DNA from: Candidatus Latescibacterota bacterium
GTDB taxonomy: Bacteria; Latescibacterota; UBA2968; UBA8231
Reading direction: 5' to 3'
Assembly: GCA_965261395.1 (NCBI GenBank)
Contig: OZ253462.1
Location: 5,760,001-5,824,000, forward strand
DNA: 64,000 nucleotides
A program made the translations under genes and the position numbers. This document shows positions 1-9,767 of the stretch, piece by piece (within the stretch, counting starts at the first letter, position 1; each line of letters begins with the position of its first letter). The notes beneath the pieces are model-generated. The model saw only the letters and a program-made list of their open reading frames with translations, was not told the origin of the DNA and did not search any database.

Positions 1-611
1 AGGATTGGCTCGATGCAAAATACGTGCCCGGGTTTGAGCAGAGGACCTTTGCCGGGCGGGCCATAATTGCCGATATAGGGCGACTCGTGCAGCTCGCGGC
101 CAATGCCGTGGCCCCCGTACTCGCGCACTACGGCCAGCCCTTGGCTTTCGGCGTGGCACTGGATGGCGTGCGAGATGTCGGAGAGTCGTCCACCGGACCG
201 CGCTCGGTCAATGCCCTGTGCGAGGCAGGCGAGGGTGCCATTGATGAGGTGCTGCGCCTGCGCGCTGATCGCCCCGACCGCGACGGTAAAGGCTCCGTCG
301 CCATAGTAGCCGTCGAGATAGGCACCTACGTCAATGCTGACGATGTCGCCCTCTTGCAGCGGGGTTTCGTCGGGGAATCCATGCACGATTGCGGCATTTA
401 CTGAAGTACAAATCGAATAGGGGAAGCCGTGGTATCCCTTGAAGGCGGGCACAGCCCCTAATGCGCGGATTTCGGCTTCGGCGACTTGGTCCAGCTCGAG
501 GGTGCTGATGCTAGGCACGATGAGCGCTTCGAGCTTCTGCTGAACGGCGAAGACGATCTCGCAGCTAGTGGCAATGTGCTCTATTTCGCTTGATTTCTTG
601 CGGTGGATCAA
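1..611 (-). CDS. map: Type I methionine aminopeptidase (3' end runs off window)
   Basis: Manual translation of the minus strand from TTG at 611: ...PAFKGYHGFPYSICTSVN..HGFP..GDIVSIDVG..GYYGD..GGHGIGRELHE..FCIEP, the MetAP metal-binding motifs. Not in the supplied ORF track. Confidence 0.93.
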   Translation of the reverse strand, partial: MIHRKKSSEIEHIATSCEIVFAVQQKLEALIVPSISTLELDQVAEAEIRALGAVPAFKGYHGFPYSICTSVNAAIVHGFPDETPLQEGDIVSIDVGAYLDGYYGDGAFTVAVGAISAQAQHLINGTLACLAQGIDRARSGGRLSDISHAIQCHAESQGLAVVREYGGHGIGRELHESPYIGNYGPPGKGPLLKPGHVFCIEPI

Positions 612-770
612 GGTCCAAACCCCAGAGAATGCGGCGCGCAATACCGGCTGCGTTACAAAAAGGCTGCGGCTCTGGTTTGTCAAGAGCGCGTCTTGCTATT
701 GTCTGAGGGCGTCTATATATTCAGGAAATTACACAACTTACGACTTAAGCACTATCAACCGAGGGGGCAG

Positions 771-3062
771 ATGAGCAAGTCATTGGTGGTTGTCGAGTCA
801 CCGGCTAAGGCCAAGACAATCAACAAAATCTTGGGCAAAGATTTTGTGGTTAAACCCTGTATGGGGCACGTGCGGGATCTGCCGCCGAAAGAACTGGGCA
901 TCGACATTGAAGACGGCTTCAAGCCGCGCTACGTAACGATTCGGGGCAAGGGCAAGATCCTCAGCGGCCTCCGCAAAGCAGCCCAAGCCGCCGATACTAC
1001 CTACTTGGCCACCGACCCCGACCGCGAGGGCGAGGCGATTGCTTGGCACGTGGCCCAAGCCATCACTCGCAAGGACGACAACGTCAAGCGAATTCTCTTC
1101 AACGAGATCACGCCTAAGGCAGTGCGCGATTCGCTGGAACACTCGGGCGTACTGGACCTTCACAAGGTCGATGCCCAACAGGCGCGACGCGTGCTTGACC
1201 GCTTAGTCGGCTATGAGATCAGCCCGCTCTTGTGGAAGGTCATACACTCCGGGCTCTCAGCCGGCCGAGTGCAGTCCGTAGCCGTGCGGTTAATCTGCGA
1301 CCGCGACCGCGAGATCAAGGCATTTGATCCTCAGGAGTACTGGTCAATCGAGGCCCTTTTGGGCCGAGAGAGCCGAGGTTCGTTCTGGGCGCGCCTGTTG
1401 GCCAAAGACGGCGAGAAGCTCGACATCGTCAATCAGGAGCAGGCCGATCGCATCGCCGCTGAGCTAGCCGAGCAGGACATAGCGGTCAAAGAGGTCAAGC
1501 AGCGCGACCAAGTGCGCCGCCCGGCCCCGCCCTTCACGACCAGCACCTTGCAGCAAGAATGCGCTCGGCGGATGCGCTTTTCGGTTAAGCGCACTATGGC
1601 GGTAGCTCAGCAGCTATACGAAGGCATTGAGGGCGAGGGCGAAACCCGTGGTCTGATTACTTATATGCGCACGGATTCGGTGCGCGTTGCAGCCGATGCC
1701 ATCGCCGAGGTGCGTGAGCAGATCGACGCCCTCTACGGCCGCGAGTACGTACCCGAGGCTCCCAACCACTACCGGACCAAGAGCAGCGCCCAAGACGCTC
1801 ACGAGGCCATACGCCCCACCTCTGTGGCTTTGCATCCAGACGAGATCAAGCACTTGCTCAAGCCGGATCAGGCGCGGGTGTACTCCCTGATCTGGAAGCG
1901 ATTCGTGACCTCGCAGATGAAGCCGCAGGTGCTCAGCATCACCACGGCCAATGTCGATGCCGGCCCCTATTTACTTCGAGCCACGGGTAGCGTCGTCAAG
2001 TTTCCGGGCTTTACCCTGCTCTACAGCGAGAGCAAGGAAGAAGAGGACAAGGCGCAGACCGTGTCTAATGGCACGGACCAGAGGGAAGAAGGGGACGCGT
2101 CGCGGGCTATGCCCGCTGACATTGCCGCGGGCGAGGTGCTGAAGTTAGAGCAACTCGCTCCCGAGCAGCACTTTACCAAGCCGCCGCCGCGCTTTACCGA
2201 GGCCTCTCTTGTTAAAGAACTAGAATCCGAGGGCATTGGCCGTCCCTCGACCTACGCGCAGATCATCACTACCATCCTCGACCGCAAGTACGTCGAAAAG
2301 GTCGATAACCGCTACTTCGTGGCCACCGAGCGCGGCCAGACCGTCAACAAACTTCTCGTCGATACCTTTCCACACCTCTTTAACGTGACTTTCACGGCCC
2401 ACATGGAGGACAAGCTCGATCAGGTCGAAGATGGAGGTACCAATTGGGTGGAGATCGTGCAGCAGTTTTACGACTCGTGGAAGGGCGATTTGGACACGGC
2501 CAACAGCCGCCGCAAAGAACTAAAGCGCGCGCTGCAAGAAGTGTCGGAGGAAAACTGCGAGGAGTGCGGGGCCGACATGGTCGTCAAGTGGGGCCGCAAC
2601 GGCCGCTTCCTCGCTTGCTCTGGTTATCCCAAGTGCAAAAACACCAAGCCCCTCGAAGAGCAAAGCGAGGTGGAGACCGACGAGGTTTGCGATCAGTGCA
2701 GCGCGCCCATGGTCGTCAAGACAGGCCGCTATGGCCGCTTTTTGGCTTGTAGCGGCTATCCAGATTGCAAAAACGTCAAGCCCTATGTCCTCGGGATCCA
2801 ATGTCCAGAGGACGGCTGCGAGGGCCAGATCGTGGAGAAGCGGTCGCGCAAAGGCAAGGTCTTCTTTGGTTGCAGCACCTATCCCGAGTGCAAGTACGCC
2901 AGCTGGGACCGCCCCATAGACCGCAAGTGCACGCATTGCGACGCTGCCTTGCTCTACGAAAAAAGTAGCCGCTCGGGCCCTTCTTCCATGTACTGCCGAG
3001 TATGCGGCACTGAGTACGAAAGTGAAGAGGGCGAAAAAGACAAAAGCGTCCAAGCTGCCTAA
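771..3062 (+). CDS. topA: DNA topoisomerase I with C-terminal zinc ribbons
   Basis: VVVESPAKAKTI, ATDPDREGEAIAW, SAGRVQS, LITYMRTD and repeated C4 zinc-ribbon motifs; ATG 771 follows GAGGGG. Confidence 0.97.
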   Translation: MSKSLVVVESPAKAKTINKILGKDFVVKPCMGHVRDLPPKELGIDIEDGFKPRYVTIRGKGKILSGLRKAAQAADTTYLATDPDREGEAIAWHVAQAITRKDDNVKRILFNEITPKAVRDSLEHSGVLDLHKVDAQQARRVLDRLVGYEISPLLWKVIHSGLSAGRVQSVAVRLICDRDREIKAFDPQEYWSIEALLGRESRGSFWARLLAKDGEKLDIVNQEQADRIAAELAEQDIAVKEVKQRDQVRRPAPPFTTSTLQQECARRMRFSVKRTMAVAQQLYEGIEGEGETRGLITYMRTDSVRVAADAIAEVREQIDALYGREYVPEAPNHYRTKSSAQDAHEAIRPTSVALHPDEIKHLLKPDQARVYSLIWKRFVTSQMKPQVLSITTANVDAGPYLLRATGSVVKFPGFTLLYSESKEEEDKAQTVSNGTDQREEGDASRAMPADIAAGEVLKLEQLAPEQHFTKPPPRFTEASLVKELESEGIGRPSTYAQIITTILDRKYVEKVDNRYFVATERGQTVNKLLVDTFPHLFNVTFTAHMEDKLDQVEDGGTNWVEIVQQFYDSWKGDLDTANSRRKELKRALQEVSEENCEECGADMVVKWGRNGRFLACSGYPKCKNTKPLEEQSEVETDEVCDQCSAPMVVKTGRYGRFLACSGYPDCKNVKPYVLGIQCPEDGCEGQIVEKRSRKGKVFFGCSTYPECKYASWDRPIDRKCTHCDAALLYEKSSRSGPSSMYCRVCGTEYESEEGEKDKSVQAA

Positions 3063-3095
3063 GTATTCACTCTTTCCTCCTTGGCTCGCTACGCC

Positions 3096-4052
3096 ATGGC
3101 CGATGCACCGCAGAGCGCTCTGCACGCCGGATCTAGCCTTGAAGAGGGCATTGCCCGCTTCTTGGAATACCTGCACAAAGAGCGCAACTGCGCCGAGTAC
3201 ACCCTCAGTTCATATCGCTGCGACTTGCAGCAATTCGCCCGCTTTCTCTACCCCCGAGTCGATAATTTGCAACTGCCGCTCCGAGTGGTGCAGCGCGAGC
3301 AGGTGCAGTCCTTTGTCTCCGATCTAGAAGAAAAGGGTCTCAAGGCCAGTACCGTCGCTCGCAAATTGGCGGCCCTGCGTTCGCTCTTCCGCTATCTCTG
3401 CCGCGAGGGCGCGCTCGTCGCCAACCCGGCTGGTGCGGTGGCATCGCCCTTGGTCGAGCGCGCATTGCCGCGGCACTTGCCCGTAGAGCAAGTCGCCGAG
3501 GCCATGGAGGTGCCTACGACTGAGCGGTTCAGCGGCATGCGGGATCGGGCCATTCTAGAGGTATTCTACGGAGGGGGCATTCGCCTCGGCGAGTTGGTGG
3601 CACTTAACCTCTCGTCGCTGGATTTGGCCGAAGGCACCATCAAGGTGATGGGCAAGGGCCGCAAGGAGCGCATCGCCCCCATTGGTGAGAAGGCGCAAGA
3701 GGCACTCAAAGCGTACCTGCAACGCCGCGCCGAGGTTCTGCTCGAATGCGATATGTCGCAAGTAGAAGCGGGTGCCATCTTCCTCAACGGGCGCGGCAAG
3801 CGCTTGAGCCGCCGCACCGTGCAGCGCATCGTTGAGCGCCATCTGCGCGCAGTCTCAGAAGACGATTCGCTCAGCCCGCATCGCCTGCGCCACTCCTTTG
3901 CCGCTCATCTCCTCGACGCTGGTGCCGATTTAGTGGCCGTCAAGGAGCTCCTCGGGCACGCGACGTTGGCCGCGACTCAGAGTTATACCGAAGTGAGCTT
4001 GGAGCACCTGCAAGCCATCTACGCCGAGGCCCATCCGCACGGTGCCGATTAG
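3096..4052 (+). CDS. xerC: Tyrosine recombinase XerC/XerD family
   Basis: RDRAILE..GIRLGE, GKGRKER, HRLRHSFAAHLL, LLGH..TQSY; adjacent to topA; lacks the IntI-specific insertion. Confidence 0.85.
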   Translation: MADAPQSALHAGSSLEEGIARFLEYLHKERNCAEYTLSSYRCDLQQFARFLYPRVDNLQLPLRVVQREQVQSFVSDLEEKGLKASTVARKLAALRSLFRYLCREGALVANPAGAVASPLVERALPRHLPVEQVAEAMEVPTTERFSGMRDRAILEVFYGGGIRLGELVALNLSSLDLAEGTIKVMGKGRKERIAPIGEKAQEALKAYLQRRAEVLLECDMSQVEAGAIFLNGRGKRLSRRTVQRIVERHLRAVSEDDSLSPHRLRHSFAAHLLDAGADLVAVKELLGHATLAATQSYTEVSLEHLQAIYAEAHPHGAD

Positions 4053-5607
4053 CGTCTTGGTCGCGCTGTTGTTGGGTTGCGCCAAAGTCGGGCCGCCCAC
4101 CGGAGGGCCGGTGGACAAAGAGCCGCCCCGCATTCTTTTTCACTACCCGGAGCGCGACGCCTTGGAAGTGGCGCGGGATACCGAAGTAGAAATCGCCTTC
4201 AGCGAACCCATGAATCGCGAGCAGACCGAAGCCGCTATTTTTACCTCGCCGGCCGGGCCGCTGCAACTGTCGTGGCGCGGCCCGCGACTGCGCATTGCCA
4301 TGCCCTTGGCCGAGGAGCGGACCTATGTGCTGACGGTGGGTACCGGAGCGCGAGATTTGCGGGGCAATGCCTTGGCGAACTCCTTTACCTTGGCTTTTGC
4401 CACCGGCTCGCAGCTCGATCAAGGCTTGGTGCGGGGCCGGGTGTACCAAGAGCATCAACCCGTGGCCGGTGCCCATGTTTGGGCCTATGACTTGGGAACC
4501 TTTGGCGGGGAGGTGGGATTGGACGAACCATCCTATCAGACTCAGAGCGGTGCCAATGGGGGCTACGAGTTTGCCCGCCTCGCTCCAGGCCACTATCGGG
4601 TGCTGGCCTTTAGGGACAAAAATCGCAACGCCCTGCCAGACGCCGACGAGTGGCTGGCCTTGCCAGCGTCTCCTGTGGAAGTGGGGGAGGAAGAGGTGCA
4701 GGCTGGCGATTTGGCCCTCGTGCGCCGACAGAAGATGTCCGCGCCCGTACTCAAGCGGGTCCAGGCCATACACACTGAGCGGCTGATGTTGCTGTTTGCC
4801 GAGGCTGTAGATCCACAAGATTTAGAGTTGGAAGTTGCTGGGCTGGCGGTGGAGTCTCTGTACGCGGCCCCTGACGCAGAGGAGAAAATTTACGTCGAGA
4901 CGGCAGCACAAGAGCCGGGTCGGCGCTATGCCGTACAGCTCGCATTCGCCGGTGTGCCCGTGCAGTGGGACGCGCCTGTTCGAGGCAGTACGCAACCCGA
5001 CCGCAAGCCGCCCTCTTTCGTCGCGCTGGCTAGGAATCGACTGGTCCCAAGAGATGCTTTGGACTTGCTTTTTTCTGAGGCCATGCAGCCGGCCGCGTTG
5101 GAAGGGTTCTGGGCGGAGAGCGATTCGACGCAATCACTAGCCGGGGATTGGCTGTGGCCGGTGCCCAACTGCGCCCGTTTCACGCCCACCGAACCGCTGG
5201 CACCGGGTGCGTATCGGCTCGTGGGGCCGGCCGCTCGGCTCGTGGACCGGGCCGGCAATGGCCTCGCCGACAGCTTGCTCGCGCTCTCGTTTGCGGTCGG
5301 CGTAGAGACCGCGGCGATTCGGGGGCAGGTGCAGGCCGGGGAAATGGGTCCCGTCCGGGTCGCGGCCATCAACGAGGACGGGCGGACGTACGCCGAGTGG
5401 GCCGATGAAGATGGGCAGTTTGCTCTGGAGGGCCTGCTGGCTGGTACCTACTCGCTATGGACATTTGTAGATCGCGACGGCGACGGCGAACGCGGCAGCG
5501 GCTCGCTCAGCCCCTTTCGCTATGCTGAACCTTATGGACGCTATGGCGAGCCGATTGACTTAGACGCGGGCCAAATCGTCGAGGAGGTAGTTATCCCATG
5601 CCGCTGA
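4042..5607 (+). CDS. Ig-like (Big_5-type) domain lipoprotein
   Basis: Lipobox LLGC followed by AKVGPPTGGPVDKEPP; repeated FSEPM/FSEAM and DLRGN/DRAGN Ig-like motifs. Confidence 0.7.
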   Translation: MPISVLVALLLGCAKVGPPTGGPVDKEPPRILFHYPERDALEVARDTEVEIAFSEPMNREQTEAAIFTSPAGPLQLSWRGPRLRIAMPLAEERTYVLTVGTGARDLRGNALANSFTLAFATGSQLDQGLVRGRVYQEHQPVAGAHVWAYDLGTFGGEVGLDEPSYQTQSGANGGYEFARLAPGHYRVLAFRDKNRNALPDADEWLALPASPVEVGEEEVQAGDLALVRRQKMSAPVLKRVQAIHTERLMLLFAEAVDPQDLELEVAGLAVESLYAAPDAEEKIYVETAAQEPGRRYAVQLAFAGVPVQWDAPVRGSTQPDRKPPSFVALARNRLVPRDALDLLFSEAMQPAALEGFWAESDSTQSLAGDWLWPVPNCARFTPTEPLAPGAYRLVGPAARLVDRAGNGLADSLLALSFAVGVETAAIRGQVQAGEMGPVRVAAINEDGRTYAEWADEDGQFALEGLLAGTYSLWTFVDRDGDGERGSGSLSPFRYAEPYGRYGEPIDLDAGQIVEEVVIPCR

Positions 5608-5954
5608 GACTGATCGAGTTGACGTTTTTGGTCTTGGTGCTCATAGGGTTAGGGCTTGTGCATTTTTCTCGCTTGACCCCTGATGAGCGACGCTTGATCC
5701 AATTGGAGGCGCGATTAGAGCAACTCTACTTGGTCGAAAAGGCCTATTTTGCCGAGCACGGCCGCTACTTTGACCCGAATGACGAGAAGGTGCGGCGCGC
5801 TTGGTGGCGGGTAGGGGGTTACGATTGGGAGTTATGGCCCGTCACCGAGGGGTTCTGGTTGGTGGTGCGGGCCGACTTGGACGGGGACGGGCAGATTGGG
5901 GCTTGGACCATAGATTCTGTACATTCGCAAGTGAAGATCCTGAACCGAGACTGA
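5598..5954 (+). CDS. Small membrane-anchored hypothetical protein, pilin-like
   Basis: N-terminal LIEL plus hydrophobic helix; ADLDGDG..WTID near the C-terminus. Confidence 0.55.
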   Translation: MPLRLIELTFLVLVLIGLGLVHFSRLTPDERRLIQLEARLEQLYLVEKAYFAEHGRYFDPNDEKVRRAWWRVGGYDWELWPVTEGFWLVVRADLDGDGQIGAWTIDSVHSQVKILNRD

Positions 5955-6023
5955 GCAAAGTAGTATCCGCCGGCCGCTTCACCGTGCCCAACGGGCACGA
6001 TAGGGGTCGATGCAACAGACCCG

Positions 6024-6815
6024 TCAGATGGCGATTTCCATGGGGATGGAGGGATGGGGATGGTAGTTGAGCAGTTTGAAGTCGTCGTAGCGGAAGTCGG
6101 AAATCGACTGGCCGCGATTTTTAATGGTCATCACCGGCTGTGGCCGGGGGGTGCGAGCGAGTTGTTGCCGCAGCGCGGCGACGTGGTTCTGATAGATGTG
6201 GACGTCGCCGCCAGTCCAGACGAATTCCCCGGGCTGCAAGTCGCAGACTTGGGCCATCATCATGGTCAGCAGGCTGTAGCTGGCGATATTGAATGGCACG
6301 CCCAGCCCCACGTCGCAAGAGCGTTGATAGAGCTGACAGGAAAGCCGACCGCGGGCGACGAAAAACTGGAACAGGCAGTGGCAGGGCATGAGGGCCATTT
6401 GCTCCAACTCGCTGACGTTCCACGCGCTGACGAGGATGCGGCGCGAATCGGGATTGGTCTTAATCAGATCAATGGCGCGTTGAATTTGGTCGATGGGGCC
6501 GTCTGGGCTCGACCACTCGCGCCACTGCTTGCCGTAGATGGGGCCGAGGTCGCCGTTTTCGTCGGCCCATTCGTCCCAGATGCTGACGTTTTCCTTTTGC
6601 AAATAGGCCGTGTTGGTGTCGCCCTTGAGGAACCACAAGAGTTCGTGGATGATGGAGCGCAAATGCAGCTTCTTGGTGGTCAGGCAGGGGAATCCATCCG
6701 CGAGATCAAAGCGTATCTGATAGCCAAAGATGGCGAGGGTGCCGACGCCCGTGCGGTCGGCTTTGGCCGCGCCGTGGTCGAGGCAATGGCTTACTAGGTC
6801 GAGGTATTGTCGCAT
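6024..6815 (-). CDS. thyA: Thymidylate synthase
   Basis: [51 protein letters not shown]; 263 aa from ATG 6815. Confidence 0.97.
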   Translation of the reverse strand: MRQYLDLVSHCLDHGAAKADRTGVGTLAIFGYQIRFDLADGFPCLTTKKLHLRSIIHELLWFLKGDTNTAYLQKENVSIWDEWADENGDLGPIYGKQWREWSSPDGPIDQIQRAIDLIKTNPDSRRILVSAWNVSELEQMALMPCHCLFQFFVARGRLSCQLYQRSCDVGLGVPFNIASYSLLTMMMAQVCDLQPGEFVWTGGDVHIYQNHVAALRQQLARTPRPQPVMTIKNRGQSISDFRYDDFKLLNYHPHPSIPMEIAI

Positions 6816-6953
6816 GGTGAAAGCTCTTTTTTCTTTTAGCGGTTTTTCGCACCCTGTCAAAGGCGCTTGTGCGATCGGCAAAGGCCGCGCCGTGGCCGAG
6901 GTGTACCCTATTCTTGGCTCAAAACACATGGCGCAAGCGGGCGGCAGGCAGAG

Positions 6954-6982
6954 TTGACAGGGGTCTGCCCGCCCCGTACTTT
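6954..6982 (+). promoter_or_regulatory. Sigma70-type promoter for tRNA-Cys/tRNA-Leu
   Basis: TTGACA-N17-TACTTT ending 15 bp before tRNA-Cys. Confidence 0.7.
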
Positions 6983-6997
6983 CAAACATTTGTTTGA

Positions 6998-7071
6998 GGC
7001 GACGTGGCCAAGTGGTAAGGCAGGGGCCTGCAAAGCCCTTATCCCCGGTTCGATTCCGGGCGTCGCCTCCA
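6998..7071 (+). tRNA. tRNA-Cys(GCA)
   Basis: GGCGACG acceptor stem, anticodon loop CTGCAAA, GGTTCGATTCC T-arm, encoded CCA. Confidence 0.96.
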
Positions 7072-7086
7072 TTTTTTTATCTGTGC

Positions 7087-7174
7087 GCCGGGGTGGCGGA
7101 ATTGGTAGACGCGGTGGACTTAAAATCCACTGTCCGCTTAGGACGTGCCGGTTCGAGTCCGGCCCTCGGCACCA
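7087..7174 (+). tRNA. tRNA-Leu(TAA)
   Basis: GGCGGAATTGGTAGAC D-arm, anticodon loop CTTAAAA, long variable arm, CCA end. Confidence 0.96.
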
Positions 7175-7195
7175 CGATTCCTTTACTCCTTCCCG

Positions 7196-8167
7196 CTAAT
7201 CCAGTAATTCCAGTGCCTGCATTCCGGCGCGAATGTACCCTAGGGCGAACGCTCTGCCCCGGTGTCCGTACGGTTCGTCGCCGATTACGCGGGGTGTGTG
7301 GTCGGGCGTGATGACCCCGTTGTAGCCAGCGTCGCGATAGGCTTTGAGCGCGGCGATCATGTTGACGTCGCCCTCGTCGATAAAGACCTCGTCGAATTTG
7401 GGGAAACCGCCGCGCACATTGCGGAAATGCACGTAGAATATCTTGCCCTGTGCGGCGAAGCGGCGCACGGCTGAGATCGTCTCGTCCGGCCCCATCTCTG
7501 CCACCGTTCCCTGACAAAACTCCAGCCCATTGCTAGGACTGGGCACGAGGTCAATCAACCGCTGCATGGCGTCGTGGTTGGTCAAGAGCCGGCCCGTGCC
7601 GAAAAGGGTTTCGGCCGGGGGGTCGTCTTGGTGGGCGGCGAGTTTGACCCCGGCGTTTTCGGCGACGGGCACTACTCGCTCGAGAAAATAGGCCAATCGC
7701 TCCCACATCTCGGCGACCGAGACCGACTCATCAACAATCGGCGGCGCGTCCTTGACTAAGCTGTAATCAAAGCTTTTAAGTCCAGCCCCACCGCGTCCGC
7801 CGCCGCTGTCGTACGCGCGCCAGTGGCCGGAGACGCCGGCCAAGCTGAAGTAGTAGCCGAGGACCGGGATGCCGATTTTTCCCATGTTTTCAATGGACGT
7901 GCAGACTTTCGCCAACTGGGCGTCGCGCTCTGGCGTCGCGTGGGTGATGGGGTGCATGTGGTCGCCGGGCAAGTTCTCGATGGCGCATAGCTCCAAGCCG
8001 AACGAGTCGATGAATTTTTTCATCCGCAACAATTCGAAGTAATCGAGGACGCCCTCGTTGCCGAGGCGGGGGCTGTGGACGACGATGTGCGTGACGCCCA
8101 TCTGTTGGGCGAATTGCAGGTTTTCTTTGCTGAGCGCGTCGAGGCTGAACTTGAGGCCGAGCTTCAC
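7196..8167 (-). CDS. Mannonate dehydratase (UxuA) family protein
   Basis: VVPVAENAGVKLAAHQDDPP, NGLEFCQG, IFYVHFRNV, FIDEGDVNM, TPDH. Confidence 0.85.
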   Translation of the reverse strand: MKLGLKFSLDALSKENLQFAQQMGVTHIVVHSPRLGNEGVLDYFELLRMKKFIDSFGLELCAIENLPGDHMHPITHATPERDAQLAKVCTSIENMGKIGIPVLGYYFSLAGVSGHWRAYDSGGGRGGAGLKSFDYSLVKDAPPIVDESVSVAEMWERLAYFLERVVPVAENAGVKLAAHQDDPPAETLFGTGRLLTNHDAMQRLIDLVPSPSNGLEFCQGTVAEMGPDETISAVRRFAAQGKIFYVHFRNVRGGFPKFDEVFIDEGDVNMIAALKAYRDAGYNGVITPDHTPRVIGDEPYGHRGRAFALGYIRAGMQALELLD

Positions 8168-8268
8168 GGCAGGTTTTCCTTTCCAACGGAATGAACTACT
8201 GACATGGTGCCTGCACAGTACGCACAACGCCTGCGATAGGCAAATTTCGCTGCGGCCAGCCCTTTCCC

Positions 8269-8297
8269 TTGACGCGCGTTATTTTGGCCGCTACTAT
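8269..8297 (+). promoter_or_regulatory. Sigma70-type promoter (possibly leaderless transcript)
   Basis: TTGACG-N17-TACTAT ending 7 bp before ATG 8305. Confidence 0.55.
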
Positions 8298-8304
8298 CCG
8301 CTTC

Positions 8305-9327
8305 ATGCGAGCCTTTTACCTACACGGCGCTCGCGACCTGCGAGCCGCGGAAATCGACCGGCCGCAGATCGCTGAGGACGAGGTCCTAGTGCAGATTCGC
8401 GCTACTGGCATCTGTGGCTCGGACCTGCATTACTATGTACACGGCAGAAACGGCGATTTCGTCCCGGAGCGCCCCTTTGTCCTCGGGCACGAGTCGGCCG
8501 GGGAAGTCGTCGATGCGGGGGCTTTCGCAGACGTGCTGCCGATGGGCAGCCGAGTGGCCATTGACCCGTCCCACCCCTGCCGCAGATGCGCTCACTGCCG
8601 TCAGGGCCGCTACAACCTCTGCCCGCAGATGCGCTACTTCGGCTCTGCTGCCTGTAGCCCGCCCCAAGACGGCTCGTTCCGCGAATACGTGCAAGTCCAT
8701 GCGCACAACTGCCATCCGCTGCCCGCCGCAATGAACTATCGCCAAGCGGCCCTACTCGAACCGCTATCCATCGCCGTCCACGGCGTCGGCCAAGCGGGGG
8801 GCATGGCTGGCAAGTGCGTACTGGTGACCGGTGCTGGTCCCATCGGCCAGCTCATCGGCCTAGTTGCCCGGCACTACGGAGCGGCCCATCTCGCCGTCAG
8901 CGATATTCGCCAAAGTGCACTCGACTTGGCGGCGTCGCTGTGGGCCGATCAGCCCGTGCGCGCCGACGATCCAGCCGCAATCGCCAGAGCAGCAGGCGCG
9001 GGATTCGACGTCGTCATGGAAGCCTCCGGTGCCCCAGCCGCCTTGCAAGCTGCGTATGCGCACTGCAAAGCCGGTGGCACCATCGTGCAGTTGGGCGTCC
9101 AGGGCGGCCCGATTGAACTACCGGTCAACTTGGTCATGCAAAAGGAATTGACCGTCCGTGGCTCCTTCCGCTTCGCCCACGTATTTCCCCAAGCCCTCGA
9201 CCTCTTGGCGCGGCGGCAATTAGACCTCGTCCCCCTCATCTCACAGTGCGTCACCTTTCCCGACTTGGTCACCGGTTTCGACGCAGCGCTCCAGCCTCAA
9301 ACCATAAAAGTGGTGGTTGATTACTAG
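8305..9327 (+). CDS. Zn-dependent dehydrogenase (L-idonate/sorbitol dehydrogenase-like)
   Basis: GICGSDLHYY, VLGHE, CxxCxxC...C structural zinc site, GAGPIG, GSFRF. Confidence 0.88.
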   Translation: MRAFYLHGARDLRAAEIDRPQIAEDEVLVQIRATGICGSDLHYYVHGRNGDFVPERPFVLGHESAGEVVDAGAFADVLPMGSRVAIDPSHPCRRCAHCRQGRYNLCPQMRYFGSAACSPPQDGSFREYVQVHAHNCHPLPAAMNYRQAALLEPLSIAVHGVGQAGGMAGKCVLVTGAGPIGQLIGLVARHYGAAHLAVSDIRQSALDLAASLWADQPVRADDPAAIARAAGAGFDVVMEASGAPAALQAAYAHCKAGGTIVQLGVQGGPIELPVNLVMQKELTVRGSFRFAHVFPQALDLLARRQLDLVPLISQCVTFPDLVTGFDAALQPQTIKVVVDY

Positions 9328-9398
9328 GCACCCCGCCGCTTGTTGACCACGCTAAATGGGGACGCTTTCTTATGTCGCCGACACCATCGGGAGCCTAT

Positions 9399-9758
9399 AT
9401 GCACGAAGCTGTAAAAGACTGGTTGGCACACTGCCGAGACAAGCTCCGCACCGAGGCGATTACCGCCGCGGATCTCGACCGCCTCGGTGACTTGCTCGCC
9501 GAACCTCGCCAGCAGATTCTCTACCTCTACGCCAAATCGACCAATATGCGCTCGCCGCTCGCTAGCTGGGCTTTGTACGACCCCACCCAGCCGCAAGGGC
9601 CGACCCTGCCCAGCGCCGAACCTCCCTATGAGTCGGTGCTCGCGGCCGTGGCCGATGGCTGGCGCGTGGTGCAGTTTCCCATCGCCAAACTCTACGCGTA
9701 CGAGGGCCAGGACAACGACTACCTCGGCTATGAGTTTGTGCTCGAAAAATTCGTTTAG
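9399..9758 (+). CDS. Hypothetical protein
   Basis: ORF with host-like codon usage, RBS GGGAG, co-oriented with the downstream PhyH gene. Confidence 0.65.
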   Translation: MHEAVKDWLAHCRDKLRTEAITAADLDRLGDLLAEPRQQILYLYAKSTNMRSPLASWALYDPTQPQGPTLPSAEPPYESVLAAVADGWRVVQFPIAKLYAYEGQDNDYLGYEFVLEKFV

Positions 9759-9767
9759 GAGGAACAG

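Noticed and set aside
24-404. Plus-strand ORFs at the window start, and other long antisense ORFs (e.g. 6054-6797, 41896-42543)
   Set aside because: They are shadows of real opposite-strand genes (map, thyA, htpG), as expected in GC-rich DNA.
3096-4052. Tyrosine recombinase as the missing integron integrase
   Set aside because: It has no IntI-specific insertion, has typical XerC length and a topA-linked housekeeping context, and lies 40 kb from the array.
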